Assembly (NCBI GenBank): GCA_963745075.1
Contig: CAVUWV010000018.1
Location: 96,001 to 160,000 of the forward strand
Reading direction: 5' to 3'
DNA: 64,000 bases
From: Candidatus Hydrogenedentota bacterium
Lineage (GTDB): Bacteria > Hydrogenedentota > Hydrogenedentia > Hydrogenedentales > SLHB01
The notes beneath the pieces were generated by a model. It saw only the letters and a list, made by a program, of their open reading frames with translations, was not told where the DNA came from and searched no databases. Of this stretch, positions 28,776 to 37,997 are shown one piece after another (positions within the stretch are counted from its first letter, which is position 1; each line of letters opens with the position of its first letter). A program made the position numbers and the translations under genes.

Positions 28776-29642
28776 ATGGCGCACGGAACGGTCCGGATCG
28801 GCGGCATACAAATCGCCGGCCTCGAACGGGAGAAGTCACGCAACATTCAACACGCGGAGGATCACATTCGCCGCGTGGCCGACATGGGCGCACAGATCGT
28901 GCTCAGCCCGGAGGTTGTTACAACGGGATTCGTGGGCGGCGACGATGAGCGCGCCATGGCCGAACCCATCCCCGGTCCCACAACCGAGCGATTCGCAAAA
29001 CTTGCGCAGGAATTGGATGTGCATGCCCTAATCGGGCTGTCGGAACTGCGCGATGATCGACTTCACAACGCGATAGCGGTTCTGAATCGGACCGGCGATC
29101 TGATGGGCGTGATGCGGAAGGTGCACATCAATCGGTATGAAACAGCGGGCGGCTGGACCAATGGCAGCGAGTTCCCGGTATGGGAGTTTCACACCGATAC
29201 CGGTGCGATGACCGGCGGCGTGATGATTTGCTACGACCGGGAAGTGCCGGAAAGCGCGCGGCTGCTCATGCTCAGCGGCGCGGACGTCATTTTCAATCCG
29301 CTCTGCTGCAACTGTCCCACCGACGAGATTCACCGGTGTCTGTTGCGAACGCGGGCCTTTGAGAATGAGGTGTACGTGTTTATGGTGAACCATGCGGCGC
29401 CCCGCTGTAACGGTCACAGCTTTGCCATCGATTTCAACGGATACATCCGTGCGGAGCTCGATAAGCGCGAAGGCGTCTTTGTTTTTGAAGCCGATTTGGA
29501 TGCACTCGTTGCCCATCGTGAGAACGGCATCTACGGGAAACACCACCGGCGTCCGGAATTGTATGCGCCGCTATCGGATCCGGCAGGACAGATTCACCCC
29601 GCAGATGCGAACGTACCGAACCGGCCCAGTCGAGTCGGATAG
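28776..29642 (+). CDS. Carbon-nitrogen hydrolase (nitrilase superfamily)
   Basis: E-K-C triad: SPE, RKVH, ICYDREVPE; RRPELY. Confidence 0.92.
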   Translation: MAHGTVRIGGIQIAGLEREKSRNIQHAEDHIRRVADMGAQIVLSPEVVTTGFVGGDDERAMAEPIPGPTTERFAKLAQELDVHALIGLSELRDDRLHNAIAVLNRTGDLMGVMRKVHINRYETAGGWTNGSEFPVWEFHTDTGAMTGGVMICYDREVPESARLLMLSGADVIFNPLCCNCPTDEIHRCLLRTRAFENEVYVFMVNHAAPRCNGHSFAIDFNGYIRAELDKREGVFVFEADLDALVAHRENGIYGKHHRRPELYAPLSDPAGQIHPADANVPNRPSRVG

Positions 29643-29686
29643 ACGCTACGGTTACACCTCTGGCAAGTAACGCTCAAGGAGCACTC

Positions 29687-30322
29687 ATGAGTTACATCGT
29701 TCCCGAAGATATCGAAACCTACGTGGAGCAGCACACGTCGGACCCGGCGGAGATCTTTCACGCGCTCAAAACCGTGACGAAAGAAAAGATGGAGCACCAC
29801 CGCATGCAGGTGGGCAAAGTCGAAGGCGGGTTCCTGCGGTTGCTTGTTCGCATATCGAACGCGCGCCGCATCGTCGAAATTGGAACCTTCACCGGGTACA
29901 GCGCGCTCTGTATGGCCGAGGGCATGGCGGACGGCGGCACGGTTATCACCTGCGACGTGGACCCGGAAGCGACGGCGATCGCGAGAGAATACTGGGCGCA
30001 AAGTCCCCATGGCGAGAAGATCGACTTGCGACTTGGTCCGGCGCTCGAGAGCATTGAGTCCCTTGATGGCCCCATCGACATGGTGTTTATCGACGCGGAC
30101 AAACAGAACTATGTGAATTACTGGGAAGCGATCCTGCCGAAGGTTCGAACGGGTGGTCTGCTGGTCGCCGACAACGTACTGTGGAGCGGACGCGTTCTCA
30201 AACCGGAGAAGCGGTCGGATTTCGCCGTGGACCGATTCAACAAGCACGTCGTCACGGATCGGCGCGTGGAGGCGGTGATGCTATCCGTACGCGACGGGGT
30301 AACGCTGGCCTGGAAGAAATGA
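29687..30322 (+). CDS. Caffeoyl-CoA/catechol-type O-methyltransferase
   Basis: VEIGTFTGYS, FIDADK, DNVLWSG, RDG. Confidence 0.93.
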   Translation: MSYIVPEDIETYVEQHTSDPAEIFHALKTVTKEKMEHHRMQVGKVEGGFLRLLVRISNARRIVEIGTFTGYSALCMAEGMADGGTVITCDVDPEATAIAREYWAQSPHGEKIDLRLGPALESIESLDGPIDMVFIDADKQNYVNYWEAILPKVRTGGLLVADNVLWSGRVLKPEKRSDFAVDRFNKHVVTDRRVEAVMLSVRDGVTLAWKK

Positions 30323-30323
30323 T

Positions 30324-30348
30324 GGGGCGGATGTTTCCACCCGCCCCG
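30324..30348. terminator. Hairpin between convergent genes
   Basis: GGGGCGG...CCGCCCC. Confidence 0.5.
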
Positions 30349-30390
30349 ATTCGGTGTGTGGCTGACTTCATTCAGGAACGGTACGTTAAA

Positions 30391-30777
30391 TTACCGTTCG
30401 GGAACCCACACTTGCTGGTGTTCGTACAGGGGTTCGACCCAACGTTGCCGGGCCTCGTAGTGGCCGGGGATCTTCTTCAGGCCGAACAGGCCTTTTCGAT
30501 CCGTCGGCACCCACACATTGTAGGTTTCGTAGTGGCCTTTTCGTACGAGTACCTGCTGGCGCTCGAAGTGGCCGGGTTCCTGTTCTTCGACGTGGATCCG
30601 GTATTCCGGTTTTCGTTCGATAATCCGGAGTTCGGGCTCGGACTCGAACGTGGCCGTCTCGTGATCTCCGGCCATGTAACCGGTGTCATCCGCATCTGCG
30701 GACGCTGCGGGGGATATGAGCGGTCCGGCGCCGAGGAGTGCGCCAACCGCGACTATCGTTGTGAATCGCGAACGCAT
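30391..30777 (-). CDS. Small secreted beta-repeat protein (PGHYE..WVP repeats)
   Basis: Signal peptide; AAGGAG RBS; repeated GH(Y/F)E-x4-WV units. Confidence 0.75.
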   Translation of the reverse strand: MRSRFTTIVAVGALLGAGPLISPAASADADDTGYMAGDHETATFESEPELRIIERKPEYRIHVEEQEPGHFERQQVLVRKGHYETYNVWVPTDRKGLFGLKKIPGHYEARQRWVEPLYEHQQVWVPER

Positions 30778-30842
30778 AATGGTCTCCTTTCGAAGTTGTA
30801 TGAAACGCCATGTCGTCAGGCATCTGACAACGGCAAACCGAG

Positions 30843-31280
30843 CTACCGTTCAGGTACCCAAACCTTGTGGTGTTCATATTCATCCGGGACCCAGCGTTGC
30901 CGCGTCTCGTAGTGACCATGGAACGTTGCGTCCAAATCAGGATCGTACCGTTCCGGTATCCACACCTTGTACTCTTCAAAATGTCCCGGTCGCACTAAGA
31001 GCTGATGGTCTTCGTAGTGTCCGGGTCTTTCGATCCGCACCCGCAATTCGGGTTCAGGTCGAATGATGCGGATTTCCGGTTCACGCTCGATGACGATGTC
31101 TTTCGCCAACACGACCGCGTCATTTGCGGTACCTACGACATCGGCTTGAGCGTCTTGCCCAGAAATCCGGTCCATCGAGGGGTTGGGGGTTGCTGCAACA
31201 GCAAAGGGCGCGGCCACGAACAACGCGCCGATGCCCGCCGCCGTGCAGAACAGCCCGATCGGTGAGAAACGTGACTTCAT
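30843..31280 (-). CDS. Small secreted beta-repeat protein, paralog of 30391-30777
   Basis: Signal peptide; AGGAGG RBS; same repeats; both end VWVPER. Confidence 0.75.
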   Translation of the reverse strand: MKSRFSPIGLFCTAAGIGALFVAAPFAVAATPNPSMDRISGQDAQADVVGTANDAVVLAKDIVIEREPEIRIIRPEPELRVRIERPGHYEDHQLLVRPGHFEEYKVWIPERYDPDLDATFHGHYETRQRWVPDEYEHHKVWVPER

Positions 31281-31552
31281 GATTCGGCCTCCTTTCTGCC
31301 GATCTGAACGACGTTCATTTCCCCGAATCGTTCTTGCAATGGAAACATCCGCAAATTGGAGGGTATTCGCGCGCTCCGATTAACAGCCGAAACAAGCCGG
31401 TCTTGTAGTATCGCGCCAACGACTTATACTTTCCGAAATCAAGAAATGAAAAAGTCTGAAAACTGTCAATGGTTCGCAGAAATGTGCTGATGTCAAGCGG
31501 ACCAACGACCCGCGGATCGGAAAGTTGTCAACGGAAGCGGCAATTTGGCCAA

Positions 31553-32485
31553 CTATGAAGTGGAAGGAGTTTCTCGACGAAAGTCAGCTGCCCCCAGCGC
31601 CAATGAGAGCCAGAAGATAAGATTCGTCACGACGACGCTCAGCGCAATGGCAGCGGCCAGGACATCGGATGGAACGCCGCCTACTTCGTGGATAAGCACC
31701 GCGGTCGTCAAATACGGTACGCCGGTGGCGTTGGGGGTAATGGGGATCGCGCTGGTGATGGCGTGGACGCCCTTGGCAGCCGCCATCAGGGAGAAACCGA
31801 CCGGCCAGCCGAAGCACTGATACAACAACATCCCCGCCCAGACGTCCATGCACCCCGCGATCATGGTAATCGCGGCTGTCGCGGGAAGCACGCGTCGCAG
31901 TGCCACTATCGCGGTCGCCATTTCCGCGAGCGCCAACGCGGCACGATGCCCGAGCGATGCCGGCCGGAATCGGTCCGCGACTGCGAGAAAGAATGCGCGA
32001 CGCGTGAGAAGGTACAGCCCGAGTGCCAATGCCATTCCGATCGCGATCGCCAGAATCGCCAGAAGACCGCGGTTGGGCAGCCGCAGCGTGATCAACCCGA
32101 GCAGTCCCAAGCCGACCGTCACCGCCATTTCGAGGATGCGATCCACGACGATCCAGGCGCCCATGCGCGCGTGACGATGTTTACGAATCAGCAGCGGCGA
32201 CAATTCGCCGATGCGGCCCGGTGACCATTCTCCCGCAGCCTTGGAAAGGAAGAAGACGCCGATGGCGTTATTGCCCTTCCCGAGCACCAACCGCCACTTG
32301 ATGACGCGTACCCACAGGCCGGCGGCCGTCACGAGCGTTGTCGTGAGAAACCAGGGGATGTTGACGCCGGCGACCGCATCGCGAAGCCGCCCCCACCCAA
32401 TGAACGATACACAGACGAAGTAGACCGCAATGCCGACGGCCCAGAAAACTACGGTCCACCACCGGGACCGGCGGAATGGCGCCAT
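31553..32485 (-). CDS. Lysylphosphatidylglycerol synthase TM / flippase-like membrane protein
   Basis: RVIKW, PGRIGEL, VVDRILE, PITPNATG; multi-TM. Confidence 0.8.
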   Translation of the reverse strand: MAPFRRSRWWTVVFWAVGIAVYFVCVSFIGWGRLRDAVAGVNIPWFLTTTLVTAAGLWVRVIKWRLVLGKGNNAIGVFFLSKAAGEWSPGRIGELSPLLIRKHRHARMGAWIVVDRILEMAVTVGLGLLGLITLRLPNRGLLAILAIAIGMALALGLYLLTRRAFFLAVADRFRPASLGHRAALALAEMATAIVALRRVLPATAAITMIAGCMDVWAGMLLYQCFGWPVGFSLMAAAKGVHAITSAIPITPNATGVPYLTTAVLIHEVGGVPSDVLAAAIALSVVVTNLIFWLSLALGAADFRRETPSTS

Positions 32486-32504
32486 GGGTTCTACGGGTTC
32501 AATG

Positions 32505-33539
32505 CTAATGCGTGTGCTCTCCGGGATGCGCCGGATCGGCGAATTCCTTGTAATGCTCTTTCAACACGTCCCGGCCGAAGTCCCCGTCGAAATCGCGCCA
32601 GACCGTATGGATGTGGTTCGCGTCGTTCTGCGTGTTGTCGTATTCGATGATGAATGTCGGGCCCTGAATACGATAGTAGTGTTTCTGGCCTTTTTCCAGG
32701 CCGCCCATCCAACCGAACTTGATCTCTGCGAGGCCCGCCGCGCGGAGCTTCTCGAGCCGTTCGTGGGCGATCTCCGGCCGCTGGCAACTTGCGTAGACTT
32801 GAATCAGCGATAGCATCAGGCCCTGTTGGTCCTCGTTCAGCTGACCGTAGGCCACCCCTACGTCCTTTTGGATTGCCGCTTCACGTTGTGCCCCGGTGAG
32901 AATCTCGGGCGGGGCCGCCGGGTGAAGTACGCAGATCGCACGCTGCTCGTCGTTCAGCGATTTCACGAGCTGGCGTCCCAGATCCTCTTCCGCCCCCAAG
33001 ACGCGGGTGCCGGCCATGGGACCGGTCTTTACGTCAGCGGGGTTCGCACCTAGAAACTGCGGTACCGTCGCCACGAGCACGCCGTCCACGACGGTCCAAT
33101 GCAGCGAGACGTGGTGCCCTTCAAAGCGAAGACCCCAGGTTCCATCCAATGAGGGTTCACCGAAGAAGGTGAAGTAATACTTCTCGGGGTCGCGAAAATT
33201 GCTGCCTTCCATCGCGCGAAGCACGTCTTCCAAGCTGCGGATCGTCTCGACTTTTTCAAAGCCTTTGGCGCTTAATGCGGTTTTCAGCACGGCGAGCGCC
33301 AACTCCTTTTGTTCGTCCGTCATCCGATTCAACGGGAGTCCGGCGCGGTCCTTGGGGACGTAGTGCCAGTTCAGACGCTCCTCGTCGTTGAAAGGGAACA
33401 TGGCCAGCGCACGCTGATCCACATCGAGGGAATTCAGTAACGCGGTCGAGGATTGAACCAGTTCGTCCACGGCCGCCGCGTGCGCGTTCCCAACCAAACA
33501 AAGCAAACAGACCAAACCACCGATCGTTTTCCATGTCAT
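32505..33539 (-). CDS. DUF3500-family secreted protein
   Basis: WHYVP, RFEGHHVSL, HYYRIQGPTFIIEYDNTQNDANHIHTVWRD. Confidence 0.88.
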   Translation of the reverse strand: MTWKTIGGLVCLLCLVGNAHAAAVDELVQSSTALLNSLDVDQRALAMFPFNDEERLNWHYVPKDRAGLPLNRMTDEQKELALAVLKTALSAKGFEKVETIRSLEDVLRAMEGSNFRDPEKYYFTFFGEPSLDGTWGLRFEGHHVSLHWTVVDGVLVATVPQFLGANPADVKTGPMAGTRVLGAEEDLGRQLVKSLNDEQRAICVLHPAAPPEILTGAQREAAIQKDVGVAYGQLNEDQQGLMLSLIQVYASCQRPEIAHERLEKLRAAGLAEIKFGWMGGLEKGQKHYYRIQGPTFIIEYDNTQNDANHIHTVWRDFDGDFGRDVLKEHYKEFADPAHPGEHTH

Positions 33540-33879
33540 CGATTACGCTCCCACCCGTTGTCCCGTATGCTTGCAGTGCGCGCCGCGCGCGAAGAAGGCC
33601 GTATCCTACCGTTTTGCGCCCGCGCAATGCCAGGGGATCGCAGCCGACGGCGGGGCAATCGCAGTTGGTGCATGCTAAATCCGTTGACGCTCCGAACGCC
33701 GCCGGGCTGGTGCCTGGCGCTCCCAGTGGTCCCACATGACCGTGCTCGTGTGAGGTCAGGTAGTGGGATTGCCCTTCATCCGACGGGTGAATCATGTGCG
33801 CCGGGGATGCTACCATACCGGTCCCGAACAATCGGCCCTAAATTCAATACGAAAGCGTTCCACGGAGTGAATACTGTCT

Positions 33880-34575
33880 ATGCTCTCGATTCTGTTCAGC
33901 GTTCTGCTTGTGACTGCGTCCCCTGCTGCGGATGCTCCGCAAGGCACGTCAAACCCGTCACCGGCGGAGACGAACGAAAAGGAGTGCCCAGCCGTGACGG
34001 ACGGGATCGAGTGTAAAGCGCGACCGTTGACTGACGCCGAGGCGGCGGTGCTCGACGCCCACTACTGGGATGAGTGGGTGGGCGACAGTCTCGCAGTCTG
34101 GGTTTCCGTCGACGAGCAGATGCTCCGGATTATCGAAAACCGGGAAGTTTTGTGGGAAGCTCCTTGCGCCACGGCGGAAAAGGGCACGGGCTTTATCATG
34201 AACAGCATGCAGACGCCGTTGGGTTGGCACAGCGTCAAGCGCAAGATCGGCGACGAGGCACCATGGGGACAGGTCTTTCGCGGCGCCCAAGCGGTCAAAC
34301 AAATTTGGAAACCCGGTGACGAGACGGACGAGGATCTCGTGCTGACGCGGCTGCTCTGGCTAACGGGGGAAGAACCCGGCGTCAACCAGGGCGGGAATGT
34401 GGATTCATACAACCGTTACATCTACATCCACGGAACCAACGACGAAGCCAAGATCGGCACGCCGTCGTCGCACGGGTGTATCCGCCTGCGCAACGACGAC
34501 GTGATCGAGGCGTACAAGCTCATTCCCACGAATGCGCGCGTGCTCATCACGGAAACGCAGGGTAAAGACAAATAG
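33880..34575 (+). CDS. L,D-transpeptidase (YkuD family)
   Basis: Signal peptide; TPLGWH; IYIHGT...SHGCIRL. Confidence 0.9.
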   Translation: MLSILFSVLLVTASPAADAPQGTSNPSPAETNEKECPAVTDGIECKARPLTDAEAAVLDAHYWDEWVGDSLAVWVSVDEQMLRIIENREVLWEAPCATAEKGTGFIMNSMQTPLGWHSVKRKIGDEAPWGQVFRGAQAVKQIWKPGDETDEDLVLTRLLWLTGEEPGVNQGGNVDSYNRYIYIHGTNDEAKIGTPSSHGCIRLRNDDVIEAYKLIPTNARVLITETQGKDK

Positions 34576-34600
34576 CGTCCCGGCGTAACATGCCGTTTGC

Positions 34601-34627
34601 TCGTAATCGTAATCGTAATTGTAATCG
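34601..34627. repeat. Short tandem hexamer repeat (TCGTAA)n
   Basis: TCGTAA TCGTAA TCGTAA TTGTAA TCG between convergent genes. Confidence 0.7.
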
Positions 34628-34715
34628 ATGAGATTGTGCCCCCCCGTCGAATTCGTACATCGGTTTTTGCTTTTCCATACTGGTACCGAATACGTACCAA
34701 AGTGGATTACGGAGA

Positions 34716-35609
34716 CTACGATCCCGAGTACTCTTCTTTCGACTGGCAGTCGAAGAGCCGGTTGTCTTTGGGGCCGAACCACCCGACGCCCCAACGCTGG
34801 TTCTGGCCGCCGAAGATATTGGGCGTGTCTGGCGCCCAACCGTATTGTTCGCACGTGACATGCCCGTCACACCAGACCACATTGGCCGTCATGTTATGAC
34901 GGAAATGGATGCTCGGGGACGAGTAGCCCCAGAGTTCGTTTCCGGTGGGCTCGTCGGACGTCACGAAGTACGGGGGTTCCAGAAATCCGTATTCGACGAG
35001 ATACCCGTTCTCCGGCATGGCCGCGTCCGCGAACATGATCGTGTTGGAGGGATTGAACACGCGGGAATCCTGGGTAGTTTGCGTCGGCGCGGTAAGGTAA
35101 TCATTCCGGTAGTAGGAACCACCCACGTACGATGCGTTGTAGCCGTATCCGCCCGTGCCGGACTCGAACGCGTTGGGCACTTCGCCCCGGCGGCGATACT
35201 CGAAGAATACGGGGCATTCCTTCACGCGCCCATCGGCCAGGTATTCGGCAAGCGGTCCTTTCTTCGGATCGAAGTCCGAGTCGGGGCTGGCCGTTTCCCG
35301 CACCCCGTGCCAGCGGACCCGGCCGCCGAACCCGTCGTTGATATCGGGGGCCGCAGGACAGTACCGGCCATCGTTTTCGTTCGCATACATGGTGTTTGCG
35401 AGGTACAACTGCCGCAGGTTGTTGACGCACTGCATCGAAAGCGCTTTTTGCCGTGCCCGGCTCAACACCGGCAGCAAGAGGGATGCAAGGACACTGATGA
35501 TCGCGATGACGACCAGCAGTTCTATCAAAGTGAATCCCGAGAATGGCGTGAATTGGCGGTACGCATGCGCGCCGCAGGTGCTGTGACGCGACGGTCTTTT
35601 GCTTAACAT
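34716..35609 (-). CDS. Prepilin-type N-terminal cleavage/methylation protein with C-terminal H-X9-DG motif (DUF1559-like)
   Basis: [49 protein letters not shown] before ATG 35609. Confidence 0.92.
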   Translation of the reverse strand: MLSKRPSRHSTCGAHAYRQFTPFSGFTLIELLVVIAIISVLASLLLPVLSRARQKALSMQCVNNLRQLYLANTMYANENDGRYCPAAPDINDGFGGRVRWHGVRETASPDSDFDPKKGPLAEYLADGRVKECPVFFEYRRRGEVPNAFESGTGGYGYNASYVGGSYYRNDYLTAPTQTTQDSRVFNPSNTIMFADAAMPENGYLVEYGFLEPPYFVTSDEPTGNELWGYSSPSIHFRHNMTANVVWCDGHVTCEQYGWAPDTPNIFGGQNQRWGVGWFGPKDNRLFDCQSKEEYSGS

Positions 35610-35767
35610 TCGGTTTTTCCTCCCCACTTCCGCAAAGTGCGTGTTCGCACGCGGTCGTATCGGTCATTGAAGCTCGATGTTCTCGCGGAAAAGTGGGCAG
35701 GAAATGGGTCGAAAACCGCGTCTCCTACTGCAACTTTTCCTCGAAGTTGCCGCAAGAACGGGCACCC

Positions 35768-35940
35768 ATGGCAGGTATTCTGGCTCCCGGATCTCCCTAC
35801 TCGCCGCGCCTTCCCATCCCAATGGACAGTGGCATTCTGCGGTTTTCGTCCCCGGTTACAGCAGCGGGACTGCGACGGACTCACACCGTGCTTCCCTGGC
35901 GCAATGGATGCAAAAACAGTGTGTGCCGGGCTACCTCCTT
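35768..35940 (-). ncRNA. Cobalamin riboswitch (gene-proximal copy)
   Basis: Minus strand AGGGAAGCACGGTGTGAGTCCGTCGCAGTCCCGCTGCTGTAA...GCCACTG...GGGAAGGC...GAGCCAGAATACCTGCC. Confidence 0.92.
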
Positions 35941-36124
35941 TCAGGCGCGTGGCCGCGTTGGTTGATGGATTCCATGGACGGAATCCAAACAAATTCCATG
36001 CTGTGCGAAGGTTTTGGAAACGGGAATTGCAGTCAGGGGTGGGAAGAACTTACGATCCAAGGTGTATGGATCATCTTCATGCCGCGACCGTTCCGCGAAG
36101 TCATCGCACATTTTCATCACGCGT

Positions 36125-36278
36125 GGGCAGGTCTTCTGGCTTCCGAGTCATCCTACCGGCCACGCCTTCCCATCCCCCCGAATGGTGGCACGTTGCGGCT
36201 TTCGTCATCGGTTACAGCAGCGCGTCTGCGACGGATTCTCACCGTGCTTCCCTTGACCCATGCGCTCAGGTTCAACTG
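36125..36278 (-). ncRNA. Cobalamin riboswitch (promoter-proximal copy)
   Basis: Minus strand AAGGGAAGCACGGTGAGAATCCGTCGCAGACGCGCTGCTGTAA...GCCACCA...GGGAAGGC...AAGCCAGAAGACCTGCC. Confidence 0.92.
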
Positions 36279-36287
36279 ATAAACGGC

Positions 36288-36316
36288 AGTATACGCCACA
36301 TGGCCGGGGGTGTCAA
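36288..36316 (-). promoter_or_regulatory. sigma70 promoter driving the riboswitch leader
   Basis: TTGACA-17 nt-TATACT directly upstream of the first aptamer. Confidence 0.75.
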
Positions 36317-36513
36317 TGCAAGCTCAAGACATAAGTTTCCCGCCAATCGCAACACGCCCACGCCAACCGTTGCTTTCCCGCGGTGCGCGTCCTGTGGTAA
36401 TTTCCTTTTGACGCCTTTGGCACCAACGGAGTTCTCATCATGCAGTGCGGCATCTTCGCTCGGGGGCATCTTCCGTATCGCGACCCGCCGCGTACCCTTG
36501 GGGAGCTTTATCG

Positions 36514-37915
36514 ATGAACACCCAAACCGTCGCCGAATTGCTCCTGGGGCATGTATCCACGCTAATCGGGCTGGGACTGGGCCTTCTCTTGGTCGCGCGC
36601 ATCATGCGGCAGCAAAGCCGGCCCGCGGTGTCGATCGCATGGCTGCTGTCGATTTTTCTGATTCCGTATATCGGCGTTCCCGCGTACCTGCTCTTTGGCG
36701 GTCGGAAGCTGCACCGCACAGCCGGGAGGAAACCGTACCTCTACGACGGCCGCCCCGAACGCACGGAATCGGACCCCGGGAACCACATCGAGAAGGTCCT
36801 TTCGACAGCCGGAATGCCGCCGGCACGCCGTGAAAATCTGGTAGAGGTGATTGCCGATGGGACGGAAGCATACCGCCGGTTGCTGAAGATCGATCGACGA
36901 GGCTAAGCACAGCATCGACATCATGACGTTTATCCTCGGCCGCGACGACGTGGGCAAAGCGATAATGGAGCGCCTGACGGCGCGGGCGGCGGAGGGTGTC
37001 GAGGTTCGATTATTGCTCGACGCTTTGGGATGCCTGTGGAGCCGGGGACGCTTTGCCGATCCACTGCGCGACGCGGGAGGGAAGGTGGGTGTGTTCATGC
37101 CCGTCCTTCCATTGCGCAGAAAGTGGTCCGCCAATCTACGCAACCATCGTAAGATCGCCATATTCGACGGTGAAACGGCGGTCATCGGCGGTATGAATCT
37201 TGCTTCGGAATACATGGGCCCTGAACCGGATTCCGACCGCTTCATCGACACGTCGACCGTGGTGCGAGGTCCTGCGGTGCACGATCTCGCCGTTGTGTTC
37301 GCAAGCGACTGGGAGTTTGCTACCGAAGAACGGAACGTCCGTCATCCCCCGGCGCCTACGAACGTCGATTATGGCGACGCGGTTGCGCAGGTGGTGGCGA
37401 GCGGGCCGGACGTGAACGGTGATCCGTTGTACGAGGCCATTCTGTGCGCGACGTACGAAGCGAACCAGCGGATTTGGATCACAACCCCCTATTTTATTCC
37501 GGATGAGGGACTGCTGAAGGCCATACTGCTGCAAGCCCGGCTGGGGCGGGACGTGCGGGTGGTGCTTCCTGCGAAATCGAATCACTATCTCGCGGATCTC
37601 GCGCGGGGGCGGTTCCTTCGCGAGCTGGAAACCACCGGGGCGAAGATCTACCTTCGCGAAAGCAAGATGATCCATGCCAAGCACATCCTCTTCGACGATC
37701 ACCTTACGGTGGTTGGCACGGTAAATTTCGACGTGCGCAGTCTGTATCTCAATTATGAGGTGGCCATGTTCGTCTATTCTCCGTCCGAAATCACCCGGAC
37801 GGCGGATTGGATGCAAACGTTGATGCGGGACTCCGTGCCTTATACTCCGGAGAAGGTCGGATACTTCCGGCAATGGGCGGAAGATTTGGGGCTGTTGGTG
37901 TCGCCGTTGCTGTAG
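36514..37915 (+). CDS. cls: Cardiolipin synthase, one +1 frameshift at ~36890
   Basis: Two N-terminal TMs (AWLL..IPYIGVPAYLLFG); PLD motifs RNHRKIAIFDG and HAKHILFDD; TTPYFIP. Confidence 0.9.
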
Positions 37916-37997
37916 CGTGGAGGCTTGACTTTGAAATCAAGGGAGACGGAGATCAGCCGTGAACTTTTCGCGGATGAGATCGTATAAAGGAGAGACC

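Noticed and set aside
31325..31430. sigma54 promoter upstream of the secreted repeat proteins
   Set aside because: GG-to-GC spacing is 11 nt rather than the required 10.
33720..33775. Hairpin-rich intergenic stretch as possible SRP RNA or riboswitch
   Set aside because: Lacks the SRP GGAA/AGCAG core and any riboswitch consensus I recognise.
35637..36833. 398-aa and 200-aa plus-strand ORFs with internally repeated peptides
   Set aside because: They are antisense translations of the two cobalamin riboswitches; the repeats reflect the duplicated aptamer.
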